Assembly: GCA_965235115.1 (NCBI GenBank)
Contig: OZ249436.1
Location: 46,686,001-46,750,000, forward strand
Direction: 5' to 3'
DNA: 64,000 nucleotides
From: Laetmonice hystrix
Taxonomy: Eukaryota
This document shows, piece after piece, positions 1-13,692 of the stretch. The translations under genes and the position numbers were made by a program. The notes beneath the pieces are model-generated. The model ran no database searches. It worked only from the letters and a program-made list of their open reading frames with translations, and was not told the origin of the DNA. Positions within the stretch are counted from its first letter, which is position 1. Every line of letters starts with the position of its first letter.

Positions 1-2382
1 GCTGCAAATAAACATTTACCTCGCGATGCGTGATCTCTTAATGATATAGAGTCGGCGTCAAATCATTTTTGTAATATGATCCCAGAAAGCCTATATGAAA
101 CCCAAAAATTAATCCTTGGTCTATGTAATCGAAATCTAATTCCAGGCGTGTCGGAAATTGCTTCGCAAATAGGAACAGGGAGAAATATAAACAGGAGTGA
201 TCTGCGCCGGTAGGCAAGTAGAATGGTATGTTAATGAGGCTCCAAGCAAGAGTTGCCAACGTCAATTATCAGGAGGAAGTGACCGACACATCCGTCATTT
301 TACCATGACACGACGCGTACTGAGGTCTAGCCTCACGGGAATGGATAAGGCGCCAACTGCAGCTCGGCCGATGGCATCTATCTATAGATAATGTGCGCTC
401 GGCTCCACTTGGCTCCACTCGGCATACAGCTCCACAGCAGTTCCTCGCAGACACTCTTGGATATATATACTTAGCCCAGTCAATTAGAACAGCAATCTCT
501 TGAAAGGACAATAGGGAGGAGGATGGAACAGTCATTTTTATGATTTTAGTCCTGAAATCACGTCATGCAATAGTTTGAAAGGTTGAAATGCCTCAAAGTC
601 CTCGAAATTGCGCTTCAGGAGATGTCATCACCCGTTTTCTTTACAAGGTCAACAAAATACACACGTAAACGTTTCTTATAGTAGACATCCTACTTACAGT
701 CCTTAACATTCGCAGGTTATTGATCGCTTTCCACAGTGGCAGGATAAAATAGCAAAACACTTTTCCGGAAATTTTCTGTACCTAATTCCATATCTCTAAC
801 AGATGTCTACGTAGACGTAGAACTTTCAATGGGGTGAATTTGCCATGAAAATATCAGACAGTACAGATAATATAATTATTGTGGCTACTAATTAGTGCAT
901 CTACATATACACGACAAAAGTCATCAGCAATTCCATGTTACGGTGCCTCTTCATGCAGGTCACAATGACATTATTCGGTTTGCTTTGTATAAAATAAATG
1001 GCTAGAGCAACAGCCAGAACTATGTGAAATTTACAAAGGCAGCCCCAATTAAGATTATCTATCTGTATATGTGAGCAGATAAGGTTAAGATATTGTTCAT
1101 CCCGCATTCATAAAATCTGTTCTGCCTCAGTGGAAGTAGAAAATATTGACACAGGTAGAATTACTGTTTTTATCCTACATGCCGTTCCATGGGGGTATTT
1201 GCATATTAGGAGCCAGGCTGCATGCGATAACAAAGGTTGGGGCAAGGAGATATGGGGGTGGGGGCGCAGTGTGCGCGACAACCGTGCGTGGACGTAGGTT
1301 CAGTCAGCATATGAGTATCCTCGGTTTCTGCCCCATGAAATTCTATTCGGAACTCTATTCTACTAAAAGAGCAACGTTCCGAGAGCGAGGACTTGCACAC
1401 AATTCCATTTGTGATTACCAAATGGAAAATATCATAAATTTAAATAAAAAGATGTAATGATTAGGGCAAACCTGATTTGTAATGTCAGCCAAACCGTTCA
1501 CCTTGGGAATGGGGGTAATCCAAAGTGTAGGTCTATTCATCATACATTTTATCTCCTGCTGCCTACCATTATTAATGCATGCACGACAATGTAGAATAAT
1601 GTCAAAAAGCCCTCCCCTACCCACGCATGCCACAGTCAGAAAGAAGGAGAGATCTACGGGTATAGTTTTTACCAAAGGAAAGGACATGGCATAGAATGAA
1701 GCCCGATATCTCTTCGTGTGGTCTACGGAGGCACGCAGAATTACAAATAAGGTTTAGATTTGGTTTCATGCCCGACATGATGAGATTATCCATGGAAACA
1801 CCAGCTGGACCAACTTTACTACTCTAACGTCATGGCTGTCGTTAGCACGGCCCCTGCCCGACTTCTAGGCTGATCAGTCGGATTTATCGCCATGATTATG
1901 TCAAGCTGGCCTCTGTGTAGAAATAAAACACAAGTATTTCATGAATTCATACGATAAGAGAAAAGTGCTGTTGTCATGGTTGCCTCCAATGAACCTAATA
2001 ATTCACGTCAGAATTTGATTTAAGTAGCAGTACGGTCAGTTTCCTGAAAACGGTCGCCAGCAGATGCAATAGCCGGATTGGCCAAAAAAAGAAGAGGAAT
2101 ATCACGTGACATAGTTGTCACAGCAACTCCCGCTCTGCCCACACCGTCGATGCACACGTATAAATAATGGATAATGGTGATTTGGCTGTAAAGTTATTCT
2201 TCATTATAGATAACTTGACTGGCGTTGTGATCCACTCAAGTTGTAATGACGACGTGGCCGCCTATACCTACTTGGCTGTGGGTCGACATTTGGTTCCCAT
2301 AGAACCGCCGAGACCCTGTCTGAGAGAGGGACGTCCCTAACATAGCACAACTACATAATAGATGATTGTCGGTATTGTTACA

Positions 2383-2876
2383 ACGTCATACATCTGGCCC
2401 TTCACTAATGGACATTAGTATGTCACGTCATACATCTGACCCTTCACTAACAGACATTAGTGACAATGTCACGTCATACATCGGACCCTTCACTAAAGGA
2501 CATTAGTGACAATGTCACGTCATACATCTGACCCTTCACTAACGGACATTAGTGACAATGTCACGTCATACATCTGACCCTTCACTACGGACATTAGTGA
2601 CAATGTCACGTCATACATCTGACCCTTCACTAAAGGACATTAGTGACAATGTCACGTCATACATCTGACCCTTCACTAAAGGACATTAGTGACAATGTCA
2701 CGTCATACATCTCACCCTTCACTAGCCGACATTAGTGACAATGTCACGTCATACATCTGACCCTTCACTAACGGACATTAGTGACAATGTCATGTCATAC
2801 ATCTGACCCTTCACTAACGGACATTAGTGACAATGTCACGTCATACATCTGACCCTTCACTAACGGACATTAGTGA
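2383..2876. repeat. 46-bp minisatellite, about 10-11 copies
   Basis: Unit TAGTGACAATGTCACGTCATACATCTGACCCTTCACTAACGGACAT. Confidence 0.95.
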
Positions 2877-3021
2877 TTGGCATGGGGCAAGGCCAACTAT
2901 ATAGTAAAACTGACTGAAGCTAATACATCCGGCCATTGCAATAACTAAATTCAAACAACCAGGCATATTGTGAGTCATTTATTTCTTATGATATTAGGTT
3001 AGGCCCACTTTTCTTTAATTT

Positions 3022-3213
3022 CAGGGGCGGATCCAGGGTGGTCAGGGGTTCGAACCCCCTTGGCAACCATTTTTTTCCCCATAGAACTTTCTAGATTGAC
3101 CATGCTGAACCCAACTCTCCCCACAGCAAATTCTACCCCTGAACCCCCCCCCCCCCCCCACGGCCACCACCACCACCACCACCTCCATTACCAAAACCGT
3201 GGATTCACCCCTG
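3022..3213. mobile_element. MITE with CAGGGGCGGATCCA-type TIRs and 5-bp TSD (AATTT)
   Basis: Left CAGGGGCGGATCCA, right TGGATTCACCCCTG (2 mismatches); AATTT at 3017-3021 and 3214-3218. Confidence 0.7.
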
Positions 3214-3936
3214 AATTTTACCAGCAGTGGAATGAAAGCACTTGTATGCGAATATCGATAGATTTTAAGACGACCCGTGGGGATATATGAATGTTGGTAC
3301 AATCGAGAGCGATCTCCGATTCAGGATAGTTGTTCAACGATTCCATTATCAGATTTATTTATTCATTTACAGACCCACTCGGGCATGCAGAAGATAAATT
3401 TCTACCTTGCATACCGAATATTAGCATGGACTTCGCACCAGGCATCTGTCTTCCTCTGTCCTCAAAAGTCACACTTATCTCAAGATTTAGCAGAAATCAT
3501 CGCTGCCCTCAGGGTGAGGGATTACTTATCGCGTGTTGTGTGCCATAACCGGGGTATTTCACTACTTCTTCATACACAGATGCTTTTAATGTCTTACGAA
3601 CCAATTTCCTACGATGGCTTTGACCGACCTCGCCTCATTCCGTCTTTTCAACGCGTAAAGCCTCATATTCCAGTCGCCGACCGTCGCCGACTGGAACTTT
3701 TGATAAGATTTCTTAGGATGGTAGATCGCCGGGCGATCTTCATCGTCGACCGCGAATTCGCTCCGAACAATGCTTTACACGAGACAGGAGTTCTGATTGG
3801 TCAGATTCTACCTTGTACAGTTTTTTACAGTTCTGTCACGGCGCCTCTAATTGGTCGACGTACCACAACAAACAGATCTTACCACTGCAACGTCGGAGCA
3901 ATCAACTTGGGATTCTGCTCTTAAAGCTCCACAGGA

Positions 3937-5877
3937 GCGGGCATAAAACAAGGTCTAATACCGCCAGGCGGGAATAAAACCAGGTCTAACACCGCCAGGC
4001 GGGAATAAAACAAGGTCTAACACCGCCAGGCGGGAATAAAACCAGGTCTAACACCGCCAGGCGGGAATAAAACCAGGTCTAACACCGCCAGGCGGGAATA
4101 AAACCAGGTCTAACACCGCCAGGCGGGAATAAAACCAGGTCTAACACCGCCAGGCGGGAATAAAACCAGGTCTAACACGGCCAGGCGGGAATAAAACAAG
4201 GTCTAACACCGCCAGGCGGGAATAAAACCAGGTTTAACACCGCCAGGCGGGAATAAAACAAGGTCTAACACCGCCAGGCGGGAATAAAACCAGGTCTAAC
4301 ACCGCCAGGCGGGAATAAAACCAGGTCTAACACCGCCAGGCGGGAATAAAACCAGGTCTAACACCGCCAGGCGGGAATAAAACCAGGTCTAACACCGCCA
4401 GGCGGTAATAAAACAAGGTCTAACACCGCCAGGCGGGAATAAAACAAGGTCTAACACCGCCAGGCGGGAATAAAACCAGGTCTAACACCGCCAGGCGGGA
4501 ATAAAACCAGGTCTAACACCGCCAGGCGGGAATAAAACCAGGTCTAACACCGCCAGGCGGGAATAAAACAGGTAACACCGCCAGGCGGGAATAAAACCAG
4601 GTCTAACACCGCCAGGCGGGAATAAAACAAGGTCTAACACCGCCAGGCGGGAATAAAACCAGGTCTAACACCGCCAGGCGGGAATAAAACCAGGTCTAAC
4701 ACCGCCAGGCGGGAATAAAACAAGGTCTAACACCGCCAGGCGGGAATAAAACAAGGTCTAACACCGCCAGGCGGGAATAAAACAGGGTCAAACAACGCTA
4801 GGCGGGAATAAAACAAGGTCTAACACCGCCAGGCGGGAATAAAACCAGGTCTAACACCGCCACGCGGGAATAAAACCAGGTCTAACACCGCCACGCGGGA
4901 ATAAAACAAGGTCTAACACCGCCAGGCGGGAATAAAACAAGGTCTAACACCGCCAAGCGGGAATAAAACAAGGTCTAACACCGCCAGGCGGGAATAAAAC
5001 AAGGTCTAACACCGCCAGGCGGGAATAAAACAAGGTCTAACACCGCCAGGCGGGAATAAAACCAGGTCTAACACCGCCAGGCGGGAATAAAACCAGGTCT
5101 AACACCGCCAGGCGGGAATAAAACCAGGTCTAACACCGCCAGGCGGGAATAAAACCAGGTCTAACACCGCCAGGCGGGAATAAAACAGGTAACACCGCCA
5201 GGCGGGAATAAAACCAGGTCTAACACCGCCAGGCGGGAATAAAACAAGGTCTAACACCGCCAGGCGGGAATAAAACCAGGTCTAACACCGCCAGGCGGGA
5301 ATAAAACAGGTAACACCGCCAGGCGGGAATAAAACCAGGTCTAACACCGCCAGGCGGGAATAAAACAAGGTCTAACACCGCCAGGCGGGAATAAAACAAG
5401 GTCTAACACCGCCAGGCGGGAATAAAACAAGGTCTAACACCGCCAGGCGGGAATAAAACAAGGTCTAACACCGCCAGGCGGGAATAAAACAAGGTCTAAC
5501 ACCGCCAGGCGGGAATAAAACCAGGTCTAACACCGCCAGGCGGGAATAAAACAGGTAACACCGCCAGGCGGGAATAAAACCAGGTCTAACACCGCCAGGC
5601 GGGAATAAAACAAGGTCTAACACCGCCAGGCGGGAATAAAACAAGGTCTAACACCGCCAGGCGGGAATAAAACAAGGTCTAACACCGCCAGGCGGGAATA
5701 AAACAAGGTCTAACACCGCCAGGCGGGAATAAAACAAGGTCTAACACCGCCAGGCGGGAATAAAACAAGGTCTAACACCGCCAGGCGGGAATAAAACAAG
5801 GTCTAACACCGCCAGGCGGGAATAAAACAAGGTTTAACACCGCCAGGCGGGAATAAAACCAGGTCTTACACCGCCAG
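3937..5877. repeat. 31-bp minisatellite, about 62 copies
   Basis: Unit AACACCGCCAGGCGGGAATAAAAC(C/A)AGGTCT. Confidence 0.97.
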
Positions 5878-6320
5878 CTCAATTTTCAACAGTAGCTATG
5901 CTTTAGTTTGATTTTGTTAACTAAACAATGGTAACAATTTATAATTCGATTCTATGGATATCTTGGAGTAAGTGTGCAAAACGACTACGCTCGTCAGTGT
6001 AGGCCTACATCTGTAAAGTGATTTAACGGGACATTTTACCTAAATCAACAATTCCGGAATCACAACACGTGCAGCGTTTGCCGTTAGGAAGTGACAGCAC
6101 TATAATTTGGCAGTAACTAGATTCAACATCTTTCCGTGATTGGCACTTTGTCAGTTTAACCGCTAAGACAACCATGAGGCCGAAATAGGGGTCATTTAAT
6201 GGGTCGATTCAGACACCTGGCCGTGCCTTCTAACGGCCATGAATGTCGAGAGTGAAACCAAATAAATCAATTAGTTACAAACAACATGGTTTCTCCATTA
6301 AGACGAGGTTCCTCTGTTAA

Positions 6321-6589
6321 AGCAATCACACACTGTCTCTCATTTCAATGACTCCAAAATGCAGATATGGGCTGTTAGGTTAGATAAGGCTTTAGACTAC
6401 ATAAATCAATAAACACGCACAGAAATGGAGAAATCGCTTCATAGCGACAACAGGCAACTGGAATGTTGAATTTCATCTGATTTCCCCATTTCTGTGGGTA
6501 AAGATTTCTTAATTTAGATGCCTTATTTAACCTAACAGCCCATGTCTCCATTTTGGAGTCATTGAAATGAGAGATACTCTCCGATTGCT
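6321..6589. mobile_element. Kolobok-like MITE (TTAA TSD, AG...CT termini, about 70-bp imperfect TIRs)
   Basis: TTAA|AGCAATC...CTCTCATTTCAATGACTCCAAAATG... and ...CATTTTGGAGTCATTGAAATGAGAG...GATTGCT|TTAA. Confidence 0.75.
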
Positions 6590-8540
6590 TTAATCTATAA
6601 TAGGTGGCTTTAATCGAGGCCAGTTACCTTCCAGCTAATGGACCTTTGGCCTAACACAAGGACTACGTAGGAGGGGGGCGATGCCACAGAATAAGGCTAA
6701 TCTTTCTACGATTGAAAATCAAAATCTTCACGTAACCCCAAGCCAATTTAAAGCTTAGTATATTAGTTATATTACGAATCGCGAGGTCAACATTTATCAA
6801 TTAGCATCAAACAGCACCACTGTGAGCTGGGAGGAGAATGGTTGTATATGGGCTGGTAACCCCCCCCCCCCCCTTCGACCCCCCCCCCCCCCCCATCCTT
6901 CATGAAAGTTACCAGCCGCCATGTGCCTAAACAAAGCTGTAGAAGGCAAAATGTGCTAAGCTATTGGGGCATAGACCAGGGCCCCGGCCACAAACAAAGT
7001 CAAGTCAATTTTAATTGACTTGAAGTCAATTTTACTTGAATCTGATTGGTTAAAATGGATTTCAAGTTAATTAAAATTGATTTGCTGTGACGTTATAAAC
7101 TTGCTGGCGACACCCCGTCATGGGCTTTAACCCCAGTAACGACCCCCCCCCCCCCCACAACCCCGTCAAGAACGTGCCAGGAAAATCTCATAAACCAGGC
7201 TTCACCCAACTGGCCCCACACCACCCCCACAGAAAAAATGGTAACCCGGTAAGTCGCTATACCGTGTGACAAAGTCCTGGCTGATACTGCTGTCGATGAT
7301 TTGGACTGTTTGTTGCCCGTGCCAGGAGATCGGCTATGGACCGGATGAAGTCATCCTTTAAGACGTCGGCAGCGTGCCCAGTCGCATTTATCAGTGGCAT
7401 TAACCGACGCGGCCAGCCATTCAAGTCCTACCCCAGAAAATCATGCTGACCCATATATCGGGGTAAAGGGCCTGTAATTCTGTCTATTAACTAACGCGCC
7501 AAGACGACGTGATGTAAAGGAATTCGTAAAAATCGATTCTTTTCAAGTCTGAGACTTTATATCACAGGTTCTCCACAGAGCATGTCAGCGACAAGGCATG
7601 CATCTATTGCCAATTTATGAGGGGAGAAATTCGATCGATACAGGAACATACGAGTTGTAACGGAAGGGATAATCAGCCGTTTGGTGGCGCTGACCTTTTG
7701 CAGTCAGTGCCCGGATGATGTCCTACCCGGACCAAGGACATCGGTGGCCGCCGCTAGAGGCCACCACTAGGACGACGTGAAGGTTGAATCAAATCAAATC
7801 TATTCGCGCATGGCGACACCACCGACTGGAAGTAAAATGGACTGTTTGTTTCTAGTACATGTACTTTGTGAGGTGGCGACTGTCTTTGGCCAGAACATGT
7901 CTGGGTTTATTTCCGGATGGTCGACTGAAGACTTGCCGCATAGCTTGAGCATCGTGTCTTTGACAGACAACAGTCCCAGCAGCAGTCTTTACAGTACTTC
8001 AGACCGTCACAATGAAGGAGATCTGCGTGATTAACATCTCCCTGGGAATGTAGGAAGCCATCGGCCTGCAACGACGATCAAACATACCACACGTTCGCTG
8101 TTCTCGGCACCGTCATGTTAGCTCAGTCGTCCTCCATCGCACCTGGCAAAATAATGAGAATTAATTCTCCCTTAGCAGTCTGCCCTAAATGTTTGGTGGA
8201 GTGGAATGTCCGGTAAGGCGGACAAAAGAAACAAGAGGCGGGAACGACAGGAGTATGAGTGTGATTGGAGTTAATCTCCTGGATCCTGGGCTACCCGCCC
8301 CTTTCAATGGTGACCCGGCCAGCCGCGGGACTGGCGGCTATTTCATTAGGTGGTTTGTCAATGGCACCTTGGGTCTGGCCTTAGTGTGCCAAGAACATTG
8401 GTAGTCTAGTCAGTAATCAATCACGATGAGATATTGGACGCTTAGCCTTGATTGATAGCCGCTATCGGTGGGTAACAATGCTGGAATCGATCGACAACTG
8501 GCCAGCGTCCTCCAATAGCAAACACCAGTCCAATTAGGCA

Positions 8541-9490
8541 ACAGGCAGCTCGAGTGTATGTGTCTTCATGGCCGGTCGGATGTTTGGGCCGCAGCAGGCA
8601 GCTCGAGTGTATGTGTCTTCATGGCCGGTCGGATGTTTGGGCCGCAGCAGGCAGCTCGAGTGTATGTGTCTTCATGGCCGGTCGGATGTTTGGGCCGCAG
8701 CAGGCAGCTCGAGTGTATGTGTCTTCATGGCCGGTCGGATGTTTGGGCCGCAGCAGGCAGCTCGAGTGTATGTGTCTTCATGGCCGGTCGGATGTTTGGG
8801 CCGCAGCAGGCAGCTCGAGTGTATGTGTCTTCATGGCCGGTCGGATGTTTGGGCCGCAGCAGGCAGCTCGAGTGTATGTGTCTTCATGGCCGGTCGGATG
8901 TTTGGGCCGCAGCAGGCAGTTTGAGTGTATGTGTCTTCATGGCCGGTCGGATGTTTGGGTCGCAGCAGGCAGCTCGAGTGTATGTGTCTTCATGGCCGGT
9001 CGGATGTTTGGGTCGCAGCAGGCAGCTCGAGTGTATGTGTCTTCATGGCCGGTCGGATGTTTGGGCCGCAACAGGCAGCTCGAGTGTATGTGTCTTCATG
9101 GCCGGTCGGATGTTTGGGCCGCAACAGGCAGCTCGAGTGTATGTGTCTTCATGGCCGGACGGATGTTTGGGCCGCAGCAGGCAGCTCGAGTGTATGTGTC
9201 TTCATGGCCGGTCGGATGTTTGGGCCGCAGCAGGCAGCTCGAGTGTATGTGTCTTCATGGCCGGTCGGATGTTTGGGCCGCAGCAGGCAGCTCGAGTGTA
9301 TGTGTCTTCATGGCCGGTCGGATGTTTGGGCCGCAGCAGGCAGCTCGAGTGTATGTGTCTTCATGGCCGGTCGGATGTTTGGGCCGCAGCAGGCAGCTCG
9401 AGTGTATGTGTCTTCATGGCCGGTCGGATGTTTGGGCCGCAGTAGGCAGCTCGAGTGTATGTGTCTTCATGGCCGGTCGGATGTTTGGGC
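8541..9490. repeat. 53-bp minisatellite, about 18 copies
   Basis: Unit CAGCTCGAGTGTATGTGTCTTCATGGCCGGTCGGATGTTTGGGCCGCAGCAGG. Confidence 0.97.
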
Positions 9491-9579
9491 CTTGGTTCAC
9501 GCAATGTGGAATCAAAGTCGTTGTTACAGTAAACCCTGTTGTAACGGTACTCGAGGCGGAGTGAGGGGTACCATAGGAG

Positions 9580-11035
9580 GGCGGGGTACATTCCTGGGGG
9601 TACGTGCCCTGGCACGGGTGGGGGTAAGTTCCTGGGGTACGTGCCCTGACACGGGTGGGGTACGTTCCTGGGGGTACACACCCTGACACGGGTGGGGGTA
9701 CGTTCCTGGGGGTACGTGCCCTGGCACGGGTGGGGTAAGTTCCTGGGGGTGCATGCCCTGACACGGGTGGGGTAAGTTCCTGGGGGTACACACCCTGACA
9801 CGAGTGGGGGAACGTTCCTGGGGGTACACACCCTGACACGGGTGGGGTAAGTTCCTGGGGGTACACACCCTGACACGGGTGGGGGTAAGTTCCTGGGGGT
9901 ACACACCCTGACACAGGTGTGGGTAAGTTCCTGGGGTACGTGCCCTGACACGGGTGGGGTTAAGTTCCTGGGGGTACACACCCTGACACGGGTGGGGGTA
10001 AGTTCCTGGGGTACGTGCCCTGACACGGGTGGGGGAACGTTCCTGGGGGTACGTGCCCTGACACGGGTGGGGGTAAGTTCCTGGGGGTACACACCCTGAC
10101 ACGGGTGGGGGAACGTTCCTGGGGGAACACACCCTGACACGGGTGGGGTTAAGTTCCTGGGGGTACACACCCTGACACGGGTGGGGGTAAGTTCCTGGGG
10201 GTACGTGCCCTGACACGGGTGGGGTACGTTCCTGGGGGTACACACCCTGACACGGGTGGGGTACGTTCCTGGGGGTACACACCCTGACACGGGTGGGGTT
10301 AAGTTCCTGGGGGTACACACCCTGACACGGGTGGGGGTAAGTTCCTGGGGTACGTGCCCTGACACGGGTGGGGTACGTTCCTGGGGTACGTGCCCTGACA
10401 CGGGTGGGGGAATGTTCCTGGGGGTGCATGCCCTGACACGGGTGGGGGAATGTTCATGGGGTACGTGCCCTGACACGGGTGGGGTACGTTCCTGGGGTAC
10501 GTGCCCTGACACGGGTGGGGGAATGCTCCTGGGGGTGCATGCCCTGACACGGGTGGGGGAATGTTCATGGGGTACGTGCCCTGACACGGGTGGGGGTAAG
10601 TTCCTGGGGGTACACACCCTGACACAGGTGGGGGTAAGTTCCTGGGGGTACACACCCTGACACAGGTGGGGGTACGTTCCTGGGGGTACACACCCTGACA
10701 CAGGTGGGGGTACGTTCCTGGGGGTACACACCCTGACACAGGTGGGGGTACGTTCCTGGGGGTACACACCCTGACACAGGTGGGGGTACGTTCCTGGGGG
10801 TACACACCCTGACACAGGTGGGGGTACGTTCCTGGGGGTACACACCCTGACACAGGTGGGGGTACGTTCCTGGGGGTACACACCCTGACACGGGTGGGGT
10901 ACGTTCCTGGGGTACACACCCTGACACGGGTGGGGTACGTTCCTGGGGTACGTGCCCTGACACGGGTGGGGGTAAGTTCCTGGGGGTACACACCCTGACA
11001 CGGGTGGGGGTAAGTTCCTGGGGGTACACGGGTGG
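9580..11035. repeat. About 37-39-bp G-rich minisatellite, about 38 copies
   Basis: Unit CCTGACACGGGTGGGGGTAAGTTCCTGGGGGTACACAC with variants. Confidence 0.95.
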
Positions 11036-11294
11036 GTATATTGACCTAAACTAATGTTACTAATCTGCCCTGATAATAACACTAATAACAGTTAAAAAAT
11101 AGGAATACTATTTTTGGCGCATCCAGAGGGGGTTCGGGGTCACTTGTTCTCCCGTTTCCTCATATATTGCATTCTAATTGGCCCTACCCCTCCCATATAC
11201 CCCCTGAACATAATATATGTGTATTTCCAAATCTTGTCCTAGCGCTTCATGAACTCTGGTAAACGTTTAGAAATATGGTTTATTATTAGAATGT

Positions 11295-11473
11295 CAGTGA
11301 TGGCGGATCCATGCGGGGCTTACGGGGATTGCACCCCCCCCCCCCCCCCCCCCATTTACGAATTAATTTTTCTTTCTTTTTTTCTGCTTGAAAGGTTCAA
11401 ACCTACATCCCCCTTGGCACCCACAACCCGCTTGGCACCCCTCCCCCTTGGCGCCAACCTGGATCTGCCCCTG
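11295..11473. mobile_element. MITE of the CAG(T/G)GGCGGATCC family with internal poly-C
   Basis: Left CAGTGATGGCGGATCCA, right TGGATCTGCCCCTG; no clear TSD. The internal part is similar to the inverted fragment at about 22976-23040. Confidence 0.55.
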
Positions 11474-12107
11474 TATATACAGTGTACCACAGTGTACCAT
11501 ACAAAATTTGATAAGTCCATTTCGGTTGCAGGCCAGAGTCCGTGCGTGATGTGATCCCTGATTCCAAAACATTCTGAGATAATCATAAAATCGGAGCCGT
11601 GACAGGACAATGTGAAAGATTAATCAAAGTGTCGGAAAACAGGCGCCGTTTTCTGTGACATCAATGAGAAAACATGAATTCGACGCGCACCAGTAGCGTT
11701 GGAATTATCGACCGTGGACGACGGCTGCCTGTTCACATGGGTGGAGACTTTTTCTGAAGTGGCGGAGATTTTTTATTATTATGCAGAAATCTTTTGGGAA
11801 GATCCCGGCGAACAAGCAACGAGTGATCCATGATGTATCACATGCATTGTTGGATGGCTGATCGGATGAATGGATCAACAGATGGGGGAATAATTATATA
11901 AGCGAATATTTCAAAGCATGAATGCATTCATAAAGAAGCAGACCTACATAGCATTTTTAAAACCACAAGGATGATGACTAGATATAACAATGTAACCTAT
12001 TGTACTCTATGTATCTGTGGTAATCAAACAGTCAGACACTCACCTGTCAAACGTCTCTCAACACTTGATAGATGTTCTTCATACCTGGGTACCCTAGTGG
12101 TGGTGTA

Positions 12108-13260
12108 AAGGTACCGTGTATCATATTATAACGGTACCGGGTGTATCATATTATAACGGTACCGGGTACCAGCATACTGTATCATATTATAACGGTACCG
12201 GGTGTATCATATTATAACGGTACCGGGTGTATCATATTATAACGGTACCGAGTGTATCATATTATAACGGTACCGGGTACCAGCATACTGTATCATATTA
12301 TAACGGTACCGGGTGTATCATATTATAACGGTACCGAGTGTATCATATTATAACGGTACCGGGTACCAGCATACTGTATCATATTATAACGGTACCGGGT
12401 GTATCATATTATAACGGTACCGGGTGTATCATATTATAACGGTACCGAGTGTATCATATTATAACGGTACCGGGTACCAGCATACTGTATCATATTATAA
12501 CGGTACCGGGTGTATCATATTATAACGGTACCGAGTGTATCATATTATAACAGTACCGGGTACCAGCATACTGTATCATATTATAACGGTACCGGGTGTA
12601 TCATATTATAACGGTACCGGGTGTATCATATTATAACGGTACCGGGTGTATCATATTATAACGGTACCGGGTACCAGCATACTGTATCATATTATAACGG
12701 TACCGGGTGTATCATATTATAACGGTACCGAGTGTATCATATTATAACAGTACCGGGTACCAGCATACTGTATCATATAATAATGGTACCGGGTACCAGC
12801 ATACTGTATCATATTATAACGCTACCGGGCCCCAGCATATGTATCATATTATAATGGTACCAGGTACCAGCATACTGTATCATATTATAACGGTAACGGG
12901 CCCGCCATACCCTATCATACTATAACGGTACCGGGTACCAGCATACTGTATCATATTATAACGGTACCGGGTACCAGCATACTGTATCATATTATAACGC
13001 TACCGGGTACCGCATACTGTATCATATTATAACGGTACCGGGTACCGCATACTGTATCATATTATAACGGTACCGGGTACCAGCATACTGTATCATATTA
13101 TAACGGTACCGGGTACCAGCATACTGTATCATATTATAACGCTACCGGGTACCGCATACTGTATCATATTATAACGCTACCGGACCCCAGCATATGTATC
13201 ATATTATAACGCTACCGGGTACCAGCATACTGTGTCATATTATAAAGGTAACGGGCCCGC
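12108..13260. repeat. Mixed 25/36-bp minisatellite upstream of the BiP-like promoter
   Basis: Units GTATCATATTATAACGGTACCGGGT and GTATCATATTATAACGGTACCGGGTACCAGCATACT. Confidence 0.95.
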
Positions 13261-13630
13261 CACACACCCCCCCCCCCCCCCCAAAAAAAAAAAAAAAAAA
13301 AAAAACAAACAAACAAACAAAAACAGAAGAACTACAACGGGAGAGTAGGCCTAGATCTGACCCCAAACGTCCGTGGAGGTCTACGTGTACACAGTTCAGC
13401 TTTCTGACCGGAACCTCGTCATGTCAAGTATAACTATTGTCTCAAGCAGGAAGTATTCCGATATCGTTCATGTATTATAATCCTGGTCGGAGTCATCTTT
13501 TTGCGATCAGCTTGGAGAGGATGATGAAACAACCCTGTCGGTGACATCACTGCTGTGGCGCCGTCTGGTGTTAACGGCAAGTACCACTGCAGGAGCGATG
13601 ATGCAAGCGGTGCAGTTTTGGCGCGAGGAC

Positions 13631-13692
13631 TGACGTGGCATGTTTGAGGGTGTTCCCGTGTACTCTACCCCATCCAATCAAATAACGACACG
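13631..13692 (+). promoter_or_regulatory. UPRE (TGACGTGG) plus ERSE-like element (CCAAT-N9-ACACG) upstream of the BiP-like gene
   Basis: TGACGTGG at 13631-13638. CCAAT at 13674-13678, then 9 nt, then ACACG at 13688-13692 (one mismatch to the ERSE consensus CCAAT-N9-CCACG). Located about 240-300 bp upstream of the ATG. Confidence 0.6.

Noticed and set aside
3277-3924. 215-aa ORF
   Set aside because: No recognisable domain or splice context; it lies between a MITE and an array. Treated as chance or TE-derived.
7280-8450. GC-balanced, coding-looking sequence with stop-interrupted minus frames
   Set aside because: No continuous frame or recognisable motif; left unannotated.
8554-11082. Long ORFs (253-573 aa) on both strands
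   Set aside because: They are read-through of the 53-bp and ~38-bp minisatellites; several frames and strands are open at once and the peptides are pure repeats.
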